From NCBI GenBank assembly GCA_002788675.1, contig PFRS01000001.1:234706-298705 (forward strand): a DNA stretch of 64,000 bases, written 5' to 3'. The translations under genes were made by a program, and so were the position numbers. The notes under the pieces were generated by a model that did not search any database, was not told the origin of the DNA, and saw nothing but the letters and a program-made list of their open reading frames with translations. Positions 19,785 to 29,188 of this stretch are shown here, piece after piece; position 1 is the first letter of the stretch, and each line of letters starts with the position of its first letter. The stretch comes from Candidatus Pacebacteria bacterium CG_4_9_14_0_2_um_filter_40_15. GTDB taxonomy: Bacteria; Patescibacteriota; Microgenomatia; UBA1400; PJMF01.

Positions 19785-20111
19785 AGCGTCTCCTATAAAT
19801 GAAACTGTGTAATTAGATTAAATTATTTATTAACCTCCCTTTTTGTTTTTTTTCATTAAGTCAGCTGATTTTCTATCACTTTATACAGAAATGAGAAAAA
19901 AACAGCTGACTCCAAAAAAACAAATATTTGTATTTTTAACTTGTTAAAGACACCCATCCTCCGCATTAAAAAAAGCCACGAGGGCTTAGCAATGCATTGA
20001 ATGAGGTGATTGCATTTGCACAAAAAAATGAGCAAACACAATAGTCTGGGGATTGTATCAAAAAAAGCCTAGTTTGTCAACTATAGGACTTAGTATGAAG
20101 GTGTACCGAGA

Positions 20112-21944
20112 TCAGCGAGCCAAAGCCCCACTAATACCATACTGGCGAAGCACCTGGGCAACGCCCTGTTCAATAGTAGGCTGCACAGCTGAAGCTTTCT
20201 TTCCAGAGGTAACCATAGCATTAATGCCGTCTTGGTAGTATTTAATGATTTGGTCATTAATACCATTATCATGAGTATTGCTACTGAGATACCAACCATC
20301 AGCAAATGGCGCATCCTCAAGGTATGGAGCAATTAACTCATTATCGGCAAGATCTGCAGACATATCCATTCGTGGATACAGTTCACCAAAGCCACGGACT
20401 TTACTGGCTGCATCATAGAATTTTTCAAGCGTTTCTTTCTTAGAAATATACTTTAGGAAAGCGGCGGCAGCATCTTGGTTTTTGCTCTTGGCATTAATAC
20501 CCTCTGCCCAGAAACTTCCCCAAGTAAGTTGATCTTCAATAACAGGTACGTTGGTAACCCCAAAGTCTAAATCTGGATTTTGAGCCAACAGCTCATGAAT
20601 TCTCCAAGAAGGGACTATGATCATAGCAACTTCTTCTCGACCAAAAGCTGCAGTTGAATCTGGTAATTCAGAACTCCAGACATTATCGGTAGTTTGGAAA
20701 CTGGTGTAGAAACTGAGTGCATCGGCAACTTCTTGGCTACTGGTATCAGTCAGGGTAGCGCCATTTTGAAGCATAAGTAATCCAAGAATATCTGAGAAGT
20801 TATCAACGTTTTCGGCATTTCCTAAAGCAATTCCACCTCGAGAAATCTTGCCATCACTTCCTTTAATAACTAATTTTACAGCTGCTTCCTTTACACCTGC
20901 CCAAGTACTAGGAACTGGTAAACCAGCTGTAGTAAACATGTCTTTGTTATAAAGAAGAGCCAGCCCTTCATACATCATAGGAATACCGACATACTGTCCG
21001 TTTGCTTGCAGTTGTTTAGCTGCAACTGGATAGTAGGTGGTTTTATACTCGGCCGCACTCATTACAGAGTTTGGAATTGGTTTTAGTTCACCAAGCAATA
21101 TTGGTGTCCAACTTGCGTGGAATCTAAATACATCTGGGCCATTGCCGCTTGAGATAGCAGTTTGGAGACGTTCGCGATAATTTAAGTGAGATTGTTTGCT
21201 ATAAGAAACTTTTACACCTGGATTTTCTGTTTCGAACTCTTTGATCACTTCATTCATAACTTCAGAAGGTTCCCAGAGGCCCCAATATTCAATGGTAGTC
21301 TGTTCTCCTGGTACAACTTCTCTATTTGCAGTAGTTTTACCAGAAGTATCTGTAGTTTTTTGAGTTGTTGAACCTGTACTAGAACTACTAGATCCTCGCA
21401 TGAACATAAAGGCTATGCCACCAATTAGACCGAGTACAACAAGGACAATGACTCCAATAATGGCATACTTTGCCATTGGTTTTTCAACAGAAGCAAATTT
21501 AGGTTTAGCACCTGCTGCGGGTGGCTTTGCACCTGGAGCTGCTGGGGTTCCTGGTTGAGGTGGAGCTGATCCGGGTCCAGACATTACTTTTGGAGGAGAG
21601 GCGGGTGTTTGTGGTGGCATTTGTGCAGCTGTTTTTTGGGCTGCAGCAAGCGCACTAGGATCTGCAGGAATTGCGGTTACGTTATTTTTTGGAATTTGAG
21701 TACTATTCATTGATGAAAGTGCAGACAATGACTTTTGCGGTAATGCTTGAGCAGTTGGTGCTAACACGGTAGGTGCTGCAACTGGTGCTGCTTGAGGTGG
21801 TTGTGGCGCTCTTGGAGGCTGGGGTGCTTGAGGAGCAACTGGTTGAACTGGAGCAGTCACAGGTGGCACCGTTGGCCCTTGTGGCGGAGTTCCACCAACT
21901 TGTGGATTTTGTGGGACTGATGGTTTAGGCAGTGGTGTGTTCAT
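20112..21944 (-). CDS. Extracellular solute-binding protein (sugar SBP family) with Pro-rich N-terminus and TM anchor
   Basis: IEYWGLWE, FETENPGVKV, GPDVFRFHASW, LALLYNKDMF. Start placed at MNTPLP (21944). Confidence 0.85.
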   Translation of the reverse strand: MNTPLPKPSVPQNPQVGGTPPQGPTVPPVTAPVQPVAPQAPQPPRAPQPPQAAPVAAPTVLAPTAQALPQKSLSALSSMNSTQIPKNNVTAIPADPSALAAAQKTAAQMPPQTPASPPKVMSGPGSAPPQPGTPAAPGAKPPAAGAKPKFASVEKPMAKYAIIGVIVLVVLGLIGGIAFMFMRGSSSSSTGSTTQKTTDTSGKTTANREVVPGEQTTIEYWGLWEPSEVMNEVIKEFETENPGVKVSYSKQSHLNYRERLQTAISSGNGPDVFRFHASWTPILLGELKPIPNSVMSAAEYKTTYYPVAAKQLQANGQYVGIPMMYEGLALLYNKDMFTTAGLPVPSTWAGVKEAAVKLVIKGSDGKISRGGIALGNAENVDNFSDILGLLMLQNGATLTDTSSQEVADALSFYTSFQTTDNVWSSELPDSTAAFGREEVAMIIVPSWRIHELLAQNPDLDFGVTNVPVIEDQLTWGSFWAEGINAKSKNQDAAAAFLKYISKKETLEKFYDAASKVRGFGELYPRMDMSADLADNELIAPYLEDAPFADGWYLSSNTHDNGINDQIIKYYQDGINAMVTSGKKASAVQPTIEQGVAQVLRQYGISGALAR

Positions 21945-22060
21945 GTGTGCTTTTGATTCTATTTGACGCTGTTCTATACAAATCAAAAAGAAATGCTGCT
22001 ATATAGAGTGCATTCTCTGTTTATAATAGCATATAGGAGAGGTGATTCGAAACAAGAAAA

Positions 22061-22128
22061 TGAATAGTATTAGGATAATTTTCTCGCCTACTATCGTCAG
22101 GTCGCTAAAATCATCCTAATACTATTCA
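22061..22128. repeat. Long inverted repeat in divergent intergenic region
   Basis: Perfect 16-bp arms TGAATAGTATTAGGAT / ATCCTAATACTATTCA, extendable inward; T-rich run follows on the minus strand. Confidence 0.75.
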
Positions 22129-22211
22129 CAATGTAGTAGCTGCACTATTAACGGCAGGCCAAGAAAAACATCTTCATAGTTTGTACTGATATAATAGTAC
22201 TGATTGCACTA

Positions 22212-24026
22212 ATGAATACTGAAACAGAAAATACCAAACACTCAGTTGCTGAGATGCTCATAGGATCGGGCTTGTCTTGGCAGAGATGGGTGGTGTTAAT
22301 TGTTACTGCCTCAGTTGCACTTGTGGTTGCAGGTCTAATACTTCTCGATAAAAGCCTACAAGATAAGATTCAACCAAATACTTCGATCGACGGTGTTGCT
22401 ATTGGAGGGCTCACCAATGAAGAAGCTACAAATCTACTTCAAGAATCAATGCAAGCTGTTCCTCAAGAAACAGTAACCCTCCAAGTTGATGATATAAAAA
22501 TTGCTTCAACGAGTGCTGAATTAGGCTTGACTAAAAACACAGCCTATTTACTTGAGGTTGCGCAACTACATGGAAAAGATGATTCCTTTATTAAGCGCTT
22601 AACCATTTTAATAAAAAGTCTTACTACACCAACAATGTTGCATTCAGACTATACATTTGATACAGAAAAAATTACCACCTTTATTTCTCTACTCGATTCA
22701 AAAGTCGCAATTGAAGGTAAAGAACCATCGGTCTCTCTCCGCTACAGTGGTAATCCCCAATCTGTAACTGTCTTTGAAGGAAAAATCGGGCGAGCAATTG
22801 AGATAGAACTAACAACTGAGCGACTTCTCCAAGCAATTTCTGCAGAAACCTACACCGCAGACGCAAAAGTTGCCTCAACCAGCTCCGAGCTTTCAAAAGA
22901 TGAAAGTATTCTTTTTGAGAACTTTGCTCGAAATTATGTTGGTAAGTCAATTAATTTAGACTATTCAAAGGACACAACACTTCAGTTACTAGATACGGAT
23001 ATTGTGTCAATTCTGGACTATCCAGCAAAAGTGTCCCAAATTAGACTTGCTGAAATCATCTCTAATTGGGCTAAAGAGGTAGATAGAGATCCTCAAGACG
23101 CAACCTTTACCTACAACACCGAAACATTTGAGGTAACTGAGTTTGCTCCACATCGAGAAGGACGCGCGCTTCAACAAGATGAACTCTTACAACAACTTAT
23201 TCCAAAGATTGAAGAACAAGCACAAAGTGAAGAAACTGTCATAACAGCATCACTTCCAGTAGAAATTGTAGAACCCACCTATACTTTACAAAAAACAAAT
23301 GCCATTGGCATTTCAGAACGAATTGGATTTGGAGAAAGCTACTACCATCACAGTATTCCAACTAGAATCAACAATGTTGCCGTCACAGCCAAACGAATAA
23401 ACAATACCTTAGTTGCTCCTGGTGAAGAGTTCTCATTTAACAAAACGCTCGGTGAAGTCTCAAAAGCAACTGGCTTTCAGCCTGCATATGTTATTACTAA
23501 CGGAAAAACTGAGCTCGGTGACGGAGGCGGTGTCTGCCAAGTAAGCTCTACCCTCTTTAGATCACTCCTTGATGCCGGCTTACACATTACAAAACGGCTT
23601 CCCCACAGCTATCGAGTGAGTTACTATGAATTGAACTCTGACCCTGGTTTTGATGCCACTGTGTACTCTGGAAACGTCGATTTACGTTTTATTAATGACA
23701 CAGAAAACTATGTTTTAGTTCATACGAGCAACGATCCAGAAGATTTGCACTTAACTGTTGAACTCTATGGCACCAGTGATGGTCGCACCAGCGAAATTTC
23801 CGACTATGAAAAATGGGGTGCTACCCCTGCTCTCCCAACTGAATATATCGAAGATCCCTCACTTCCTGTAGGCGTAAAAAAGCAAGTTGACTGGGCTGTT
23901 TCAGGCCTGAAAGCTAAATTCACCCACACTGTCTGGGACAAAGATGGAAATGAACTCTACAAAAACACCTACACCTCGACCTACAGACCTTGGTCTGCAA
24001 AATATTTAGTGGGTACAAAACAATAG
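22212..24026 (+). CDS. VanW family protein with peptidoglycan-binding repeats
   Basis: TM, IDGVAIGGLT.EEA, RINNV, PGEEFSFN, GGGVCQVSSTLF, HSYRVSYY, DATV, DLRFIN. Confidence 0.92.
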   Translation: MNTETENTKHSVAEMLIGSGLSWQRWVVLIVTASVALVVAGLILLDKSLQDKIQPNTSIDGVAIGGLTNEEATNLLQESMQAVPQETVTLQVDDIKIASTSAELGLTKNTAYLLEVAQLHGKDDSFIKRLTILIKSLTTPTMLHSDYTFDTEKITTFISLLDSKVAIEGKEPSVSLRYSGNPQSVTVFEGKIGRAIEIELTTERLLQAISAETYTADAKVASTSSELSKDESILFENFARNYVGKSINLDYSKDTTLQLLDTDIVSILDYPAKVSQIRLAEIISNWAKEVDRDPQDATFTYNTETFEVTEFAPHREGRALQQDELLQQLIPKIEEQAQSEETVITASLPVEIVEPTYTLQKTNAIGISERIGFGESYYHHSIPTRINNVAVTAKRINNTLVAPGEEFSFNKTLGEVSKATGFQPAYVITNGKTELGDGGGVCQVSSTLFRSLLDAGLHITKRLPHSYRVSYYELNSDPGFDATVYSGNVDLRFINDTENYVLVHTSNDPEDLHLTVELYGTSDGRTSEISDYEKWGATPALPTEYIEDPSLPVGVKKQVDWAVSGLKAKFTHTVWDKDGNELYKNTYTSTYRPWSAKYLVGTKQ

Positions 24027-24115
24027 TTTTTTTGACTTTCTTTCTTGGGTTTGCGGTAAAAATTCTGGAATGATGCGGTAATAAAACCCCAGCACTTTTT
24101 GACGTGTAGACGGCA

Positions 24116-24144
24116 AATGACCCAGACAGTATGTCTGGGTCATT
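24116..24144. terminator. Hairpin between convergent genes
   Basis: AATGACCCAGACA-GTA-TGTCTGGGTCATT, 13-bp stem. Confidence 0.7.
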
Positions 24145-24158
24145 ACAAATTAACCATA

Positions 24159-24710
24159 TTATTTCTTGAATGTGTTGCTAATATTTTCCTTTGCCTTGCG
24201 GAAAAGGAAAACAGCACCAACATACAAGGACCATTCTAAAACAAATACTAAAATGCCCCAGAGAAGACCCCCTCCTATAGCAAATCCTGTGGGCAAAATA
24301 AAACTTGTTACAACAGCGTTTAGAAGCGTGTTGTAGTTGGGATTATTTTGTTGGGCCTGATGGTGCAGTTCCAACACAAATCCAAAAGAAGAAAGGACTG
24401 CAGCATACACAAGCGCCCCTGAAATAAACTCCGCATCGGGGTTGCCAGTTGCAGCTAGCCCAAACAAATACAGGAAACCTGCAGCAATTATGGCGAAGAT
24501 AACGCCTTTAAAAGCTTTAAAGTTCCACAGTACAAAGGCTGGGACAGCAATCATGCCAATCCCAAAAACTAATAAAACATTCCAGTTAGTAAAGATATAC
24601 TCACTAAAAGGAATATCTCCATAATACCAAGCTGCGCCAAGCACTGCTAATACGAGCAGGCCAATCACAATTGGCAGAATTAAGAACTGTCTTTGATTTT
24701 CATTCAACAT
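24159..24710 (-). CDS. Hypothetical multi-pass membrane protein
   Basis: About six hydrophobic segments; start at ATG 24710, preceded by AGGAGG. Confidence 0.75.
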   Translation of the reverse strand: MLNENQRQFLILPIVIGLLVLAVLGAAWYYGDIPFSEYIFTNWNVLLVFGIGMIAVPAFVLWNFKAFKGVIFAIIAAGFLYLFGLAATGNPDAEFISGALVYAAVLSSFGFVLELHHQAQQNNPNYNTLLNAVVTSFILPTGFAIGGGLLWGILVFVLEWSLYVGAVFLFRKAKENISNTFKK

Positions 24711-24864
24711 GGGATACCTCCTCTTAGTTGAGTTATGTGGATGGTTAATTTTAAGGTTGAATCCCCTCCCCCACACAAGACGTGCGGCTTCAGAGATAAT
24801 ACATTATTATCCCATAACATGGACTAAAATACTAGACGTAATACTATCAAACCACAACACACTA

Positions 24865-24893
24865 TTGACAAAATAGCTTTTCTATAGGATAAT
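24865..24893 (+). promoter_or_regulatory. Sigma70 promoter
   Basis: TTGACA-17 nt-GATAAT. Confidence 0.7.
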
Positions 24894-24899
24894 ATCCAA

Positions 24900-25030
24900 C
24901 AGTTAACAGAGCTTTGTGTTTTCACAATAGTTTTGTTCCACTGAGAACCTGGCGTTCTCCCGGGTGGGACAAACGTGAAAATAACAATTCTTCTGATAAA
25001 GGCCGGGTTCTTTTGAACCTGGCCTTAACT
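24900..25030 (+). ncRNA. Candidate sRNA or attenuator leader upstream of valS
   Basis: Rod-like hairpin (TTTTCAC/GTGAAAA, TTTGTTCCAC/GTGGGACAAA, GAGAAC/GTTCTC), then a 12-bp hairpin at 24999-25026; G-U pairs favour the plus strand. Confidence 0.5.
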
Positions 25031-25095
25031 ATTTATAGACCCTTTTCCCTATTTCAAATTCATTTACTCCCTCGAGTGTGATAGAATAACACTCT

Positions 25096-27345
25096 ATGGA
25101 AACACGATACAACTTCACCCAAACAGAGAAAGAAATCTATGCGTTGTGGGAAAAAGCAGGTGCTTTTAACCCAGATACAGTTGTCGTCTCTCCAGATAGA
25201 GATCCTCAAGAAAAAAAACATTTTTCAATTATTATGCCGCCTCCAAATGCCAATGACCCTTTGCACGTAGGCCATGCTCTTTTTGTAACTATCGAAGATA
25301 TTCTTATTCGCTATCACCGCATGCTAGGTGAAGATACACTCTGGCTACCAGGAACAGATCACGCTGGAATTGAAACACAGTTTGTCTTTGAAAAAAAATT
25401 GCAAAAGAATAAGCAAAGCCGTTTCGATTTTGATCGTTCCACCCTCTATTCAATGATTTGGGACTATGTACAAGAGAACTCTGGTATTGCTGTTGAACAA
25501 ATTAAACAGCTTGGCGCCAGTGCAGACTGGAGTCGGTACACCTTCACGCTCGACGAAAAAGTCGTTGAAGATGTATTAGAAACATTCAAAAACCTTCATA
25601 AAGATGGCCTGGTCTATCGAGACTTTCGGCTAGTAAACTACTGTACAAAGTGTGGAACCAGCTATTCAGAACTCGAGGTAGATCATATTGATTCGACTTC
25701 TCCGCTCTACTATGTTAAGTACCCATTTATCGATACTGAAGAAGAATTCATCACAGTAGCTACTGTTCGTCCTGAACCAATTTTTGCTGATACACATTTA
25801 GCCGTGAACCCAACTGACAAAAAACATGCCTATCTAGTAGGCAAACAGGTTAAAAACCCCCTTACTGGTGAGACTATGACAATCATCGCTGATGAGTACG
25901 TTGACCCTGAATTTGGGACAGGTATCGTCAAACTCACTCCTGCACATGATCCAAATGACTTTGAAATTGCTAAAAAGTACGATTTACCAATCAATATTGC
26001 TATTACTCCACAGGGAAAATTAACCGATATAGCGGGTAAATTTGCCGGACTTTCAGTAGTGAATGGTCGAAAAGAAATAGTTGCCTATCTAGAAGAACAA
26101 GGCTACATTGACCACGTTGATACCAAATACCAAAATCGTATTGGCATTTGCTATAGATGTAAGCGCCCAATCGAACCACTCCCCCTTCCTCAGTTTTTCA
26201 TTAAAGTAAATGATGATGAAACGAGTTTAGTCGGAAATGCACTCAAAGCTCTTGATTCAGGTGAAACCAAAATTCATGGGGCTGGCCGAGAAAAGATTCT
26301 CAGACACTGGCTTAATTCCTTGAAAGATTGGAATATTTCACGCCAAATTGTTTGGGGAATTGGTATTCCCGTTTGGTATCCAATTGAAGGTAATGAATCA
26401 AAGATTACAGTAGGCTTTTTGAATACTGACAAAAAATTCATTCAGGGCACGCTTGAAACACTACTAGAAGAAAACACTCTAGAAGAAATTAAAGCAGGAA
26501 TTCAAACCGTTTTAGCAGATGCTTCTCTCGAGTACATCGTGAGCACCACTCCTCCATCAGATGGGCTGTGGATTCAAGAGACAGACACCTTTGACACCTG
26601 GTTTAGTTCTGCACAGTGGCCAGTAGTTACTCTTAAGAATACAAAGCCTGGTGATTTTGAACGATTTTATCCAACATCAGTCATGGAAACAGGCTACGAC
26701 ATTCTCCCCTTTTGGGTGATGAGAATGATGCTTTTGGGCATCTACAGTACCGGAAAATCACCTTTTTCGGACGTGTACTTACATGGCTTGGTCAGAGACG
26801 CAAAAGGCAATAAAATGAGCAAAAGTAAAGGTAATGTTATTAATCCTCTTGAGGTTGTAGCAGAATACGGAGCTGACTCTCTTAGAATGGCTCTCGTTAT
26901 TAGAAGTACCCCAGGACAAGATAAATCTGTTGGGGAGCCAGATTTCAAAGCCATGCGCAATTTTGGCAATAAAATTTGGAATGCATCTCGATTTGCACTC
27001 CTTTCTCACGATCCAAAAAGCACCGAGGCACAAAACGATGCTGAGTTCTATAAGAAATTAGCTGATGTTGTGGCTGAAAGCAGTTCTCTTCTCGAGAAAT
27101 TACAGGTTGGCCTAGCTGCTGATTATATCTACAATGAGTTCTGGCACTGGTTCTGCGATACTAGTATCGAAGAACAAAAAGCTGGAACGCTCTCCTCTAC
27201 CGCCATTCTTGAAGGAATTGTTACATTCATGAAGCTTCTCCATCCATTTATGCCATTCGTTACTGAATCAATTTGGCAAGAATTACATTCAGAAAAGCTG
27301 GTTGATTCAGAAGCATTAATAACGACGCCGTGGCCTGCTATCTAG
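25096..27345 (+). CDS. valS: Valine--tRNA ligase
   Basis: PPPNAN..LHVGH, PGTDHAGIETQ, DW.ISRQ, DTWFSS, KMSKSKGN, HPFMPFVTE. Confidence 0.97.
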   Translation: METRYNFTQTEKEIYALWEKAGAFNPDTVVVSPDRDPQEKKHFSIIMPPPNANDPLHVGHALFVTIEDILIRYHRMLGEDTLWLPGTDHAGIETQFVFEKKLQKNKQSRFDFDRSTLYSMIWDYVQENSGIAVEQIKQLGASADWSRYTFTLDEKVVEDVLETFKNLHKDGLVYRDFRLVNYCTKCGTSYSELEVDHIDSTSPLYYVKYPFIDTEEEFITVATVRPEPIFADTHLAVNPTDKKHAYLVGKQVKNPLTGETMTIIADEYVDPEFGTGIVKLTPAHDPNDFEIAKKYDLPINIAITPQGKLTDIAGKFAGLSVVNGRKEIVAYLEEQGYIDHVDTKYQNRIGICYRCKRPIEPLPLPQFFIKVNDDETSLVGNALKALDSGETKIHGAGREKILRHWLNSLKDWNISRQIVWGIGIPVWYPIEGNESKITVGFLNTDKKFIQGTLETLLEENTLEEIKAGIQTVLADASLEYIVSTTPPSDGLWIQETDTFDTWFSSAQWPVVTLKNTKPGDFERFYPTSVMETGYDILPFWVMRMMLLGIYSTGKSPFSDVYLHGLVRDAKGNKMSKSKGNVINPLEVVAEYGADSLRMALVIRSTPGQDKSVGEPDFKAMRNFGNKIWNASRFALLSHDPKSTEAQNDAEFYKKLADVVAESSSLLEKLQVGLAADYIYNEFWHWFCDTSIEEQKAGTLSSTAILEGIVTFMKLLHPFMPFVTESIWQELHSEKLVDSEALITTPWPAI

Positions 27346-27363
27346 ATTAAAACAAATTAAAGT

Positions 27364-27396
27364 AAAAAAGGCTCTCGCAATAGAGAGCCTTTTTTT
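27364..27396 (+). terminator. valS terminator
   Basis: AAAAAAGGCTCTC-GCAATA-GAGAGCCTTTTTT. Confidence 0.9.
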
Positions 27397-27756
27397 ATTT
27401 TCAAAACATCATTATAACTGTGCTGTCCATACATGGTCGTTATGTAACGATTAAGCGTTAATCAAGAAGTAATTAAAACCCAAAAGTAAAATGAAAAAAA
27501 ACATCTGAAAAAAAATAAAGAAATGTCACTTTTAGCTCTATAAAAAGAATATTCAAGGTACTTTCGTTAATTCACCGAAAACAATTTTTTTCTTAACAAT
27601 CTTTCACGTGTCGAGAAATGCTCATACATCGGCATTTTTATCAATCACTAAAGTAACTCATAATAATCACTATAATAGTATATTTCTGCTGCATTCAATC
27701 GAAAATTAAGAGTCTTGAAGTCATAGGTAAATACAGGCATACTATGAAGTACATCT

Positions 27757-28182
27757 ATGAAACCGTTTTTATTACTTATTTTCGAACTACGACTGCTCAT
27801 TCACATCATGTCTTTTGCCTGGGCAATTGCCAAATCTAAACTTGGTAAGCAACGATTTTTATTCATCTTCGTAATAACACTAGTAGCAGTCCTTTCGTTA
27901 ATCTCATTTTTTGTTCTCCCCCACTCATCAAATAAGGAACCAGACCTCGCCTCAGTGCCAGCTCCAAATCATAGTGAGCTCTACATAAAAGAAACATTTT
28001 CTCCTGAGGAAGTAGACAAACAACTCAACTATTGGTTAGATATTCTTGAAACACAACCCTCTCATCGAGATGTACTCATAAATATCTCGCAGCTGTATCG
28101 AGTTCGCGGTGATGAAAGTAAAGCCGTTTATTACTGGGAGCAAGCTAGAAAAGCTGATCCCAACAACATATTGTTTAAATAA
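27757..28182 (+). CDS. Small membrane-anchored TPR protein
   Basis: TM followed by QPSHRDVLINISQLY...A..YWEQARKADPNN (TPR-like). Confidence 0.7.
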   Translation: MKPFLLLIFELRLLIHIMSFAWAIAKSKLGKQRFLFIFVITLVAVLSLISFFVLPHSSNKEPDLASVPAPNHSELYIKETFSPEEVDKQLNYWLDILETQPSHRDVLINISQLYRVRGDESKAVYYWEQARKADPNNILFK

Positions 28183-28344
28183 ATACCCATATATGGGGTT
28201 ATTTTTACTTTTTAAAATTCCTACTTGCTTAAAGCATAATAACTATATATTATAGGTTTTATTATGAGGGAGTCTGGTGTATTTCAGACTAGATGGTAGA
28301 ATACAGGTACAAACGAAACACTGTAATAGGTAAGGAAAGATTAT

Positions 28345-29019
28345 ATGGGAAATAAAAAAATTGTATTTCACACAAAAGCTCGTGACAAAAAAACTAAGAT
28401 GAACTCATTACGTGTCGGGGGATTTATCCCTGGAAACGTATATGGATTAAGTAAAGAATCAGAGTCTATATTCTGCGAGGCAAACGCTTTTAAAAAGCTG
28501 TATGAAGAAGTAGGGGACACGGGACTTATTTACGTTAAAATTGATGATGCTAAAGAACAACCAGTACTTATTGATGAAGTTTCAGAAATGAGTGTCGGGA
28601 ACAGAGTTCTTCATGTTGCCTTCAAACGTGTTAACTTGAACGTGGCTGTATCAGCAGACGTGCCAATCGAACTTGTTGGTGAAAATGAAGTCAGAGATAC
28701 CATCGTAACTCAAGTTAAACAAGATGTTGAAGTTGAAGCACTTCCACAGAACTTGCCAGAAAAATTCGAAATCGATATCAGTACCCTTACTGAGGTTGGT
28801 CAAACCATTACCTTAGCTGATCTTAAGTTTGATACTTCAAAGATCACTCTTGTTCTTGGTGAAGACGTCGATCCAGAGTCTGAAACAATCGTTGTGCTCC
28901 AACATGTTGCAGTACAAGAAGAGGAAGAGACTGAAGAAACAGCAGCTAGTGAAGAGGCTACAACTGAAAAGGCAGCTGAATCAACCGAAGAAGCTAAATC
29001 AGAAGAAGCTTCAGAATAA
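28345..29019 (+). CDS. rplY: 50S ribosomal protein L25/Ctc
   Basis: LR..GFIPGNVYG, LHVAF.RV, VPIELVGE, VEVEALPQNLPEKFEIDIS.L; acidic tail. Confidence 0.95.
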   Translation: MGNKKIVFHTKARDKKTKMNSLRVGGFIPGNVYGLSKESESIFCEANAFKKLYEEVGDTGLIYVKIDDAKEQPVLIDEVSEMSVGNRVLHVAFKRVNLNVAVSADVPIELVGENEVRDTIVTQVKQDVEVEALPQNLPEKFEIDISTLTEVGQTITLADLKFDTSKITLVLGEDVDPESETIVVLQHVAVQEEEETEETAASEEATTEKAAESTEEAKSEEASE

Positions 29020-29046
29020 ACTTCTTTTATACAGAAAAAAAGAGAG

Positions 29047-29074
29047 CAGGGCATCCAAAAGATGCCCTGTTTTT
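29047..29074 (+). terminator. rplY terminator
   Basis: CAGGGCATC-CAAAA-GATGCCCTG-TTTTT. Confidence 0.85.
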
Positions 29075-29188
29075 ATAGTTTTTACTACCATTGTATTAAA
29101 AAAGAGCAATTCAGCGTTACGTTCATGTTATTTTTGTCGTTCTAAGACGTTTAAAACCTTTAAAAAGGGGAGGGGACTGAAGCAACAG

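Noticed and set aside
22079-22112. CTGACGA...GAAA on the minus strand resembling a hammerhead ribozyme core
   Set aside because: The sequence between the motifs cannot form stem II and there is no room for stem I.
24960-24976. GGGTGGGAC resembling a T-box upstream of valS
   Set aside because: Reads UGGGACA rather than UGGNACC, is paired inside the rod hairpin, and the leader is too short for a specifier stem.
27400-27750. AT-rich 350-nt gap after valS with short palindromes
   Set aside because: Only short stems, no promoter-terminator pair and no credible ORF.
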